Shown piece after piece: positions 25,054-32,000 of a stretch of DNA of 32,000 bases (position 1 is its first letter; every line of letters begins with the position of its first letter). The notes under the pieces were generated by a model that saw nothing but the letters and a program-made list of their open reading frames with translations, searched no databases and was not told the origin of the DNA. This DNA comes from Erysipelothrix inopinata (GTDB lineage: Bacteria; Bacillota_I; Bacilli_A; Erysipelotrichales; Erysipelotrichaceae), in NCBI RefSeq assembly GCF_014396165.1, contig NZ_CP060715.1, forward strand, positions 180,001-212,000, written 5' to 3'. The translations under genes were made by a program, and so were the position numbers.

Positions 25054-25758
25054 TTACTTCTTGTTTTGCTTTGGAGAATATCGCCGCCCTTCTATTTCCT
25101 TCACTTTTTTTAATAGAATATTCTCACGTTCTTTCAGTTCAAGTTCTCTTTCGAGTTGTTTGATTTTACGTTCTAAACGTTCTTCATTACTGAGTTGATC
25201 TTCTTGTTTTCGTTTGCCACGTTTATCAAGAAGCCCTTCATATCCTATCTCGTTATATTTTTGAACCCACTGGTAAACTTGAGCATAGGAAAGACCATAG
25301 AGCTCGGCGGTTCCCTTATAATCGTAGTCATGTTCAATACAATGTGCGACAATTTCTTGACGTTCTTCAATCGTTGTTTTTCTACCTTTTGTCATATAGA
25401 CTTCTCCTTTAGGATCGTAATCCTTTATGGTTTCAAGTCTATTATACTTGTTTATCCATCCACGCAAAACCTCATCGGAACTTATATCGTATTTGATAAT
25501 AATATCTGCGAGAGAACCTAGTCCTTCAAGGTAATCTTGAATAGCAGATTCCTTAAGTTCTTTCGAATAACTTTTATTTCGAGGTTTATATGAGAATGCT
25601 TCAACACCGACGATTTGGTATTTTTTCACCCATCTACGCAATGTCCCAGGATTAATCGATAATTCTTGGGATATTTCCATTGCACCTTTTATGCCGTTCA
25701 AATATTCTTTAACTACTTGTTCTTTTATTTCCGCTGGATATTTATTCTTTCTACCCAT
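25054..25758 (-). CDS. IS3-family OrfA (double HTH + leucine-zipper-like C-terminus)
   Basis: 234 aa. Two HTH-like segments (ISQELSINPGTLRRWVKKY and TAELYGLSYAQVYQWVQKY), then coiled-coil ERLERKIKQLERELELKERENILLKK. AGGAGG RBS. Confidence 0.9.
   Translation of the reverse strand: MGRKNKYPAEIKEQVVKEYLNGIKGAMEISQELSINPGTLRRWVKKYQIVGVEAFSYKPRNKSYSKELKESAIQDYLEGLGSLADIIIKYDISSDEVLRGWINKYNRLETIKDYDPKGEVYMTKGRKTTIEERQEIVAHCIEHDYDYKGTAELYGLSYAQVYQWVQKYNEIGYEGLLDKRGKRKQEDQLSNEERLERKIKQLERELELKERENILLKKVKEIEGRRYSPKQNKK
25104..25111 (-). other. Programmed -1 ribosomal frameshift site (A AAA AAG) producing the OrfAB transposase
   Basis: orfA reads TTA AAA AAA GTG. The -1 frame is open from here into orfB (..KKSEGNRRAAIFSKAKQEVKYLAVQELHYKHGW..). 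Frame arithmetic (orfA coordinates mod 3 = 0, orfB = 1 on the minus strand) fits a -1 shift. Confidence 0.6.
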
Positions 25759-25846
25759 AGAAAAAGCTCCTCCTTTTTGTAGTACCCGTTTTTATTTATT
25801 TCGGGTGTCTACTTTAAGGGGAGCTTATCAATATGAGAAATACCTT

Positions 25847-27390
25847 TTAGTTTGAGTACTTGTGTTTTAATCTACGGATTATATCGTAAATTTTGCGCCA
25901 AAGCGAATCCATCATAATTTTGTATTCCGGAACTTTCAAGAAATGCATGCATAACATATATATTACAACTCCCACTGCAACACTCACAAATAAGGCATGT
26001 GACATGGAATGTGTTAGAAGTGAATAATGATAAAGTTTAAATACGGTGATTCCCATCACTGTTGAAGCAAGCAAGGTTTTGGAAAATGAAATCATAAATT
26101 CTTTGACACGAAGTCCATTCAACTTCTTTCGAAGTGCAAAATATAACAATAGCATCGTAATCATCGCAGAAAAACTCGTTGCATAAGCTAAGCCTGGAAG
26201 CCCCCAAATATTCATTAAATAAAGGTCCAGTCCAATATTTAGAGCAACCCCGAATACACCTACTCGAACGGGTGTCTTACTGTCTTGCAACGCGTAGAAT
26301 GTACGAACAAGAATTTGCTTCATGGCATATGCAATCAGACCAATCACAAATCCTTGAAGTATTTGAGCGGTAAGTGTGACATTTTCAGGTGTGAATCCAC
26401 GACCAAAGGTAACTCTGACAATAGGATATGCTAGTAGGTACATGCCAATCATTCCAGGTATAACTAATAGATTCACAGTGTTCAACATTTTTGTTAACGT
26501 TTCTTTTAATCCCTCGTAGTCTTTACGGAATGCTTGCTTCGCAAGTTTTGGATAAAGAATGGTGGTCATCGTAGCAACAAAGATACTCAAGATTGCATCA
26601 TTCAAAAGGTTTGCATAGTTCACTTTACTAATTGCCCCAACACCAAATCCAGAAGCTAAAGATTGGTCTACAATCGCATTAATTTGATCTACTGAGGATC
26701 CAAGAATAATTGGAAGCGCAACGACCATCATTGCTTGTAAGTTTTCATCTTTAAAATCAATGAAGAAGTGATGTTTGTAGCCATCCATTCGTGCAAACAC
26801 ATAAACGAAGATTGCTTGGAACAAGGCGGCAGCTACAAGCCCCACGCTAAAGCAATGGGATCAGTTTTAACACTAATTAAAATTGAAAATATTAGGATGA
26901 AGTTTACAAACAATCCTGCAACAGGAGCCACAAAGAAATGTTGATTCGATTGATGATAACCCTCGAACATGGACCGAATACCACTAAATACAATTGAAAT
27001 AAGTCCTACTCGTACAAAACGTATGGTTAATTCCATAGCCTCAGGTGGTAAGTCATTTGCAAATACAAAGAGCAATGCCTCTGGAAATAACATTCCAAGT
27101 ATTGATAATACAACAGTAACCAAAATCATGAAGTTGGTTGCATTACTCATGAAACGATTAGCTTTTTCAGTTCCTTGCTGTTCTCGAGTACGAATATACA
27201 TAGGGATAAAGGTTGTGACCATACCCGCCGCAAAAATACCAAATACAATATTAGAAATTGAACGTGATAGGAAATATGCATCCGTATAGATTGATGTATG
27301 GTAAAAATGAGAAAGAATCAACTCTCTTCCCATCCCCAACAGTCTTGATACTAATAAAAGAATTGTTAAAATAAAAGCACTTTTTTTCAT
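25847..27390 (-). pseudogene. murJ: MurJ/MviN-family lipid II flippase gene split by a 1-nt frameshift at a C4 (G4 on the coding strand) run
   Basis: The N-terminal ORF (26833-27390, MKKSAFILTILLLVSRLLGMGRELILSHFY..) ends ..ALAWGL*. The C-terminal ORF (25847-26845) starts ..GLVAAALFQ. One extra G at 26840-26843 would give the continuous ALAWGLVAAALFQ. Confidence 0.8.
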
Positions 27391-27462
27391 AATATCCTCA
27401 CCGTTTCATTATAGGAGCTACTGCCTTTAATTGATATGATTCAATTTGAAAACACATAATTT

Positions 27463-28257
27463 CTATTTTTTGCTATCCACCAACATCCCATTCATAACTT
27501 TTAACTCATCATTTGTTAAATAACGCCATTCCCCATATGATAAATCTTGAAGATGTACATTCATAACTCGAATTCTTTTTAGATCCACCACACGGTAATC
27601 CAATGCCTTACACATTCTTCGAATTTGAAGATTTAGTCCTTGGTTTAGAATTATTTTAAATTCATGACTATTTAGTTGCTTTACTGTACACGGATTTGTT
27701 CGTTGCATTTCATGAGTTCGTGGGTTATAGATATCAACTCCAGATTCCATATTTTTAATAAAGTCTTTCTTAATATGTTTATCTACTTTGACGATATATT
27801 CTTTATCATGTCCATTTTCTTCACGCAATATTTTATTTACGATATCACCATCATTCGTTAGAAGAATTAATCCGGAAGTATCTTTGTCCAGTCGACCGAT
27901 TGGAAATATTGCTTGGTCATAGTTCATGTAAGTTACGATATTATCTTTTTGATTTAAGTCGGTTGTGCATGTGATCCCTCGGGGTTTGTGTAACATAATG
28001 TATACACGATCCTGATTGGCATTAATGTGTGTCTCGCCAACTTTCACTTCCTGATAGTCGTAGATTTGCATTCCTACTTCAGCCATAACGCCATCAACAA
28101 AAACGTTTCCAGCTTGAATTTGGCGATCTGCCTCACGACGAGAACAGTAGCCTGAATCACTGATGTATTTATTCAGTCGAAGTGATACTGCATTTTCATG
28201 ATTGATCAGATTGAAATCATGGTGTATAGATTGTTTTGATTGTTTTGCTTTTTTCAT
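27463..28257 (-). CDS. rluF: 23S rRNA pseudouridine synthase RluF (RsuA family, S4 domain)
   Basis: RLNKYISDSGYCSRREADRQIQAGNVFVDG, GRLDKDTSGLILLTNDG, HDKEYIVKVDK and QGLNLQIRRMC closely follow E. coli RluF as I recall it. Confidence 0.9.
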   Translation of the reverse strand: MKKAKQSKQSIHHDFNLINHENAVSLRLNKYISDSGYCSRREADRQIQAGNVFVDGVMAEVGMQIYDYQEVKVGETHINANQDRVYIMLHKPRGITCTTDLNQKDNIVTYMNYDQAIFPIGRLDKDTSGLILLTNDGDIVNKILREENGHDKEYIVKVDKHIKKDFIKNMESGVDIYNPRTHEMQRTNPCTVKQLNSHEFKIILNQGLNLQIRRMCKALDYRVVDLKRIRVMNVHLQDLSYGEWRYLTNDELKVMNGMLVDSKK

Positions 28258-28300
28258 AGGTTTTCCTTATCTTTAATTTTAAATCTGTTAGAATAAATGT

Positions 28301-29239
28301 ATGAAAAATAATCCATTTCCATACACAACTGATAACAAACGTTATCATACCTATAACTATTTTACACGAACTCACTACGGAAACAAAGCTTTCAAGGTAA
28401 GTATTGATGCTGGTTTCACGTGTCCAAACCGTGATGGCACATGTGCAAGTGGCGGTTGTAATTTCTGTTCTGATCGCGGATCAGGTGATATGATTCTACA
28501 AACTCCCGATATCGAAGCACAAATTCATCACAGTACCGATATCATGAAGTCAAAATGGCCGGATGCGAGTTTGATCGCCTATTTCCAAGCCTACTCAAAT
28601 ACTCATGCTGACTTACAAACACTTAAAGATTTGTATACTCCGTTTTTTCATGATGATCGCTTCGTGTCGATAGATATTGCCACACGTAGTGATTGCTTGG
28701 ACGACGAAAAAATCGCTTACTTTTCTGAGATGGCAAAGCTTAAAGATTTAACGATTGAGATTGGTCTTCAAAGCATTCATCCCGAAACAAGTGAATGGAT
28801 GAATCGAGGTCACGATCTTGATTCAGTTACACAATGCATCCAGAAACTAAAAGTGGCAAACATTCGTACTTGTGTTCATATCATCAATGGTTTCCCCATC
28901 GAGACAATCGAAGACATGATTGAAACTGCTGCCTATCTCGCTGAATTAAAACCTGCAATGGTTAAAATACACATGCTTCATATCATTGCCGGTACAAAAC
29001 TTGGTTCACAATACAAACGAAATCCCTTTCCTATCATGGATCAGGAAACATATGTGGACTTAGTGGTAAGGCAACTTGAAATACTACCCGCCGACATTGT
29101 CATTGCACGTCTTACTGGAGACGGAATCCCTGATGATCTTCTCGCGCCAAACTGGACGCTCAAAAAAGTTCAAGTTTTAAATGATATTGATAAATTGATG
29201 GTAGCAAGAGATACATGGCAAGGAAAATATGCAAAATAA
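28301..29239 (+). CDS. TIGR01212-family radical SAM protein (YtqA-like)
   Basis: GFTCPNRDGTCASGGCNFCS cluster motif and an Elp3-like core. 312 aa. No SD sequence upstream. Confidence 0.88.
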   Translation: MKNNPFPYTTDNKRYHTYNYFTRTHYGNKAFKVSIDAGFTCPNRDGTCASGGCNFCSDRGSGDMILQTPDIEAQIHHSTDIMKSKWPDASLIAYFQAYSNTHADLQTLKDLYTPFFHDDRFVSIDIATRSDCLDDEKIAYFSEMAKLKDLTIEIGLQSIHPETSEWMNRGHDLDSVTQCIQKLKVANIRTCVHIINGFPIETIEDMIETAAYLAELKPAMVKIHMLHIIAGTKLGSQYKRNPFPIMDQETYVDLVVRQLEILPADIVIARLTGDGIPDDLLAPNWTLKKVQVLNDIDKLMVARDTWQGKYAK

Positions 29240-29272
29240 AATCACAGGATCATTTACGATTCTGTGATTTTT
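29240..29272 (+). terminator. Terminator of the radical SAM gene, overlapping the 3' end of the convergent GNAT
   Basis: AATCACAG (29240-29247)...CTGTGATT (29262-29269), then TTTTT. Confidence 0.5.
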
Positions 29273-29709
29273 AATGTAAGAATATGTTTTAAGGGTTCAT
29301 ACCCCAGCTTTTCATAAAATGCCATTGCTTGAATATTTCGATTCCAGACATTTAATTGAATTTCTTCATATTTATTTAACTGGGCTTGCTGATAAACTGA
29401 ATCCATTAACAACTTCCCAATTTTATGATTGCGATACGATTCCCCAACACATAAGTCATCGATAAAGAACACTTTATCTCTAACGATTCCTATCACATAC
29501 CCTGCGACAAGTTCATCCACTATTGCAACATTAATAAAATTCCCTTCATCCTCTATAAGCTTTTCCACTTCAGGTAATGAATATTTGACATGACCTTCAC
29601 TAAAGCGATCTGGATACATTTCATGGTGAAATGCAGCAATTACTTTGAGCAACTCGTGAATTTCTGGAGCATCACCTTTAATTGCTTTTCTAATTAATAC
29701 TTGATTCAT
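29254..29709 (-). CDS. GNAT-family N-acetyltransferase
   Basis: 151 aa. YRNHKIGKLLM...LNVWNRNIQAMAFYEKLGY GNAT motifs. The start overlaps the hflX 3' end by 20 nt. Confidence 0.8.
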   Translation of the reverse strand: MNQVLIRKAIKGDAPEIHELLKVIAAFHHEMYPDRFSEGHVKYSLPEVEKLIEDEGNFINVAIVDELVAGYVIGIVRDKVFFIDDLCVGESYRNHKIGKLLMDSVYQQAQLNKYEEIQLNVWNRNIQAMAFYEKLGYEPLKHILTLKITES

Positions 29710-30985
29710 GATTAATATACTCCTTAAATCTTTGACGATCTTCTTGATTTACAAATGTCCTAAAGGTTACGCCAAACTCATCATACACAACATTTTCTAA
29801 ATCATATCTGTTTGCGAAATAATCAAAATATTTCATTGATTCAAACGGAAACTTAAATTCTGTTTGCTTATAATCCTCAGTGACTAACAATACCATTTTA
29901 TCGATTAATCGTTTCATATCATCATCATTTAATGCACTAATAAAGATGCGATCTTCAAATTGTTGCGAGTAAAGTACAGAATCCCGATTCTCTTTAAGAT
30001 CCATTTTATTAAAAACTGTCAGGATTTTTTTATCGAGAACACCCATATCGTCAAGAATTTTTTCCGTTGTCTGGGCTTGAAGAGTTACATTATCACTGGA
30101 AGCATCTAAAACATGAACAATTAAATCTGCATCATACAATTCTTCGAGCGTAGATTTAAAAGCATTCACAAGATGTGTTGGTAATTGTGAAACAAACCCA
30201 ACAGTATCACTGACGATAACTGGCAATGTTTGGTTGAGTTTCATGGTTCGTAATGAAGCATCCAATGTTGCAAATAGCATATCTTGTGCTAATACATATT
30301 TAGGCGTTTCATCCCCACTTAATTCGAGCATTCTATTTAATATTGTAGATTTACCTGTGTTGGTATAGCCAACCAAGGCAATGATGGGTATCGTTTGTCC
30401 TTGTCTTTTTTTTCGGTTTGTTTGGCGTGTTGTTTCTATTTTAAGAAGTTGTTGTTCTACAGCTCTAATTTCTCTAAGCACATGACGGCGATCTGTTTCA
30501 AGTTTTTGTTCACCCGGTCCCCGTGTTCCAATACCGCCACCCGTACGTGATAAATAATCACTGTATCCGATAATTCGAGGTAAACGGTATTTCATTTGCG
30601 CGAGCTTTACTTGATATTGACCTTCTTTAGATCGCGCTCTACTTGCAAAGATATCTAATATTAAAGTGGTACGATCTAGGATCTTACATCCTATAATTTC
30701 TTCGAGGTTTCGCAGTTGCGAACCCGATAACTCATCATTAAATACAACAGCATCGATTTCAAGATGATTAACAAGATCTGCTATTTCTTCGACTTTTCCT
30801 TTACCCAATACCGTTCGCGAATCGTAGGAATCACGACTTTGAGTAATTATTTTGACAGGAATCGCACCTGCCGCACGGTCTAATTCTTCAAGTTCCAACA
30901 TTAATTCTTGGGTGTCTTGATCGTCTTTCTTAAGATTTACACCTACGAGTAAGTGCCTTTCTTTTTTTTCTTCCAAATTTACCAC
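29690..30985 (-). CDS. hflX: GTPase HflX
   Basis: HflX N-domain (EELDRAAGA.., ILDIFASRARSKEGQYQVKLAQ) and G domain GYTNTGKST, DTVGF, NKMD. The true start may be TTG 30976 (AAGGTGG RBS) rather than GTG 30985. Confidence 0.92.
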   Translation of the reverse strand: MVNLEEKKERHLLVGVNLKKDDQDTQELMLELEELDRAAGAIPVKIITQSRDSYDSRTVLGKGKVEEIADLVNHLEIDAVVFNDELSGSQLRNLEEIIGCKILDRTTLILDIFASRARSKEGQYQVKLAQMKYRLPRIIGYSDYLSRTGGGIGTRGPGEQKLETDRRHVLREIRAVEQQLLKIETTRQTNRKKRQGQTIPIIALVGYTNTGKSTILNRMLELSGDETPKYVLAQDMLFATLDASLRTMKLNQTLPVIVSDTVGFVSQLPTHLVNAFKSTLEELYDADLIVHVLDASSDNVTLQAQTTEKILDDMGVLDKKILTVFNKMDLKENRDSVLYSQQFEDRIFISALNDDDMKRLIDKMVLLVTEDYKQTEFKFPFESMKYFDYFANRYDLENVVYDEFGVTFRTFVNQEDRQRFKEYINHESSIN

Positions 30986-30990
30986 CTTTT

Positions 30991-32000
30991 CTAAAAATAA
31001 TCTGAGAAGTAAACACGGTCAACAACTACAATACGCGCCAAACTTCTCTGAGCTCTACGACTCGCTTCAATACGTCCTAAACGTGCCAAGTCGTTCACTG
31101 TCTTGTATCCCATCATCAATGTTGTAAGTGTTCCTATATCCATCTTGACACACTCACCAATAGGTTGATCTGTAATAATTATATCTTCATTTTTATCCCA
31201 TTCCACACCAAAGATTCGTTCATTCCATGGTGCTACAGGATCAATGATTTCGAAATGGAACGGATCACACGTATCCATGAATGGATACTGTTTTAAGTAT
31301 CCTTCAACATCTACAATTCGTGCCATGTAGTATGGCTGAATGGTTTCAACGATATCGCTATCTTCAAGGTTAAAGGCAATCGCTTCACCCGCATAATTTT
31401 TACCACGAACTTCTTCAATCATTGAGAAATGGGCACTGATAAAATTCCAGATACCCTTTCGAGCATCTTGGTTCATGAATATCATTTCTTTAATATGGAA
31501 TACCTCATCAAGTATCCAGTAAAAACATAATCCCGTCGGTTCATCATTTTGGTCATAATACACTGCGGCATAACGATCTTCTTCGTTTTCCCAACGCCAG
31601 TATTCTTCCCATGCTAATCGATCTCGAACCATCGCACCATGATGAGTACGAGCGAATCGATCATAGATTTTATAGACATCTTCATCATCGATATCCAATC
31701 GTTCAACATGTCCTCTAACAGGAACTGTTTTAGGGAGTTGCGAATCTTTGAGTGTAAAACTCATTTGATCCGAGATGATTTCCCATCCCTTATGACGATA
31801 AAAAGGAATACTATAAGGAAATAGATAGGAGATATACTGTTGATTGTCCCTCATCTCGCATAAGGCTCTATATATGAGATCACTAATGAGTCCTAGGTTA
31901 GCAAACTCAGGATAAGTACCCACACCAGTGATACCACCCATCTTCATCATATTGCCATGCATGTTTACCTCGCAGGGATAAACCGCAATTTGAGAGATTA
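30991..32000 (-). CDS. Eis-like GNAT acetyltransferase with C-terminal SCP2-like domain (5' end beyond window)
   Basis: The frame stays open from 31962 to the window edge (..ISQIAVYPCEVNMHGNMMKMGGITGVGTYPEF..). FYRHKGWE and a C-terminal LTTLMMGY..ARLGRIE block resemble the Eis/SCP2 architecture. Confidence 0.78.
   Translation of the reverse strand, partial: ISQIAVYPCEVNMHGNMMKMGGITGVGTYPEFANLGLISDLIYRALCEMRDNQQYISYLFPYSIPFYRHKGWEIISDQMSFTLKDSQLPKTVPVRGHVERLDIDDEDVYKIYDRFARTHHGAMVRDRLAWEEYWRWENEEDRYAAVYYDQNDEPTGLCFYWILDEVFHIKEMIFMNQDARKGIWNFISAHFSMIEEVRGKNYAGEAIAFNLEDSDIVETIQPYYMARIVDVEGYLKQYPFMDTCDPFHFEIIDPVAPWNERIFGVEWDKNEDIIITDQPIGECVKMDIGTLTTLMMGYKTVNDLARLGRIEASRRAQRSLARIVVVDRVYFSDYF

Larger units (their letters stand above)
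24013..25830 (-). mobile_element. IS3-family insertion sequence (IS150-like group), apparently intact
   Basis: Imperfect terminal inverted repeats of about 41 bp (32/41), starting TGA...and ending ...TCA. orfA and orfB lie in 0/-1 frames with an A7G slippery site. Flanked by a 3-bp direct repeat ATA (24010-24012 and 25831-25833). Confidence 0.85.

Noticed and set aside
27431-27448. AATTGA-tatgat-TCAATT palindrome upstream of the murJ pseudogene.
   Set aside because: Short arms in AT-rich intergenic DNA, with no convincing promoter context and no supporting evidence.
116-31824. Many 60-110-aa ORFs in the track that lie antisense to or out of frame within larger genes (e.g. 116-355, 731-916, 1429-1689, 2102-2413, 2917-3150, 3151-3417, 7315-7539, 8188-8424, 11999-12301, 20176-20481, 21702-21962, 23431-23727, 25195-25521, 26969-27289).
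   Set aside because: They are fully nested in ORFs with clear family signatures. They lack SD sequences and have low-complexity or Ile/Leu/Phe/Ser-rich composition typical of shadow frames in AT-rich DNA.
1-32000. Scan for tRNA/rRNA genes, CRISPR repeat-spacer arrays, toxin-antitoxin pairs and recognisable phage-defence cassettes.
   Set aside because: I found no regularly spaced repeats, no cloverleaf-like or rRNA-like untranslated stretches (all intergenic gaps are under about 250 nt) and no small paired ORFs with TA-like features.

Overview
AT-rich, Bacillota-type chromosomal segment with strong GGAGG-type ribosome binding sites and hairpin plus T-run terminators. It holds about 30 genes, mostly on the minus strand. 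All calls rest on by-eye motif recognition in the ORF translations and on reading the intergenic DNA; no database search was possible. Order of content: (1) rRNA pseudouridine synthase fragment, a GNAT, a DUF218/YdcF membrane protein and a LysR/YeiH-like divergent pair. (2) A three-gene minus-strand operon: TasA/camelysin-like secreted protein, secreted protein with three CBM5/12-like repeats, and SipW-type signal peptidase. A two-HKD phospholipase D/cardiolipin-synthase-like gene and punA follow. (3) A metal/oxidative-stress block: a Cys-free ArsR/SmtB repressor with a SmtB-type alpha5 site, a P-type ATPase with SPC and HEGST signatures and a His-rich N-terminus, and dps. (4) A DeoR-controlled operon (YfcC-family permease, class II aldolase, Fe-alcohol dehydrogenase, GNAT, mtnK, mtnA-like) that fits a DHAP-shunt/5-deoxyribose-type disposal or catabolic route rather than the full methionine salvage pathway. 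A mutarotase gene diverges from it. (5) A psaBCA-order Mn/Fe-type ABC importer behind a near-consensus promoter with DtxR-like operator half-sites, then msrB. (6) A decay/mobile zone: an M42 peptidase gene with one in-frame TAA, an 1818-bp IS3-family (IS150-like) element inserted in the loop of an intergenic terminator hairpin with a 3-bp ATA duplication, and a murJ-family gene frameshifted at a C4 run. (7) rluF, a TIGR01212-type radical SAM gene that may be leaderless, and an operon of Eis-like GNAT, hflX and a small GNAT. I saw no rRNA, tRNA or CRISPR array. The best candidates for something under-described are the SipW/TasA-like/CBM operon and the expanded DHAP-shunt-like operon. Neither is proven novel from sequence alone.
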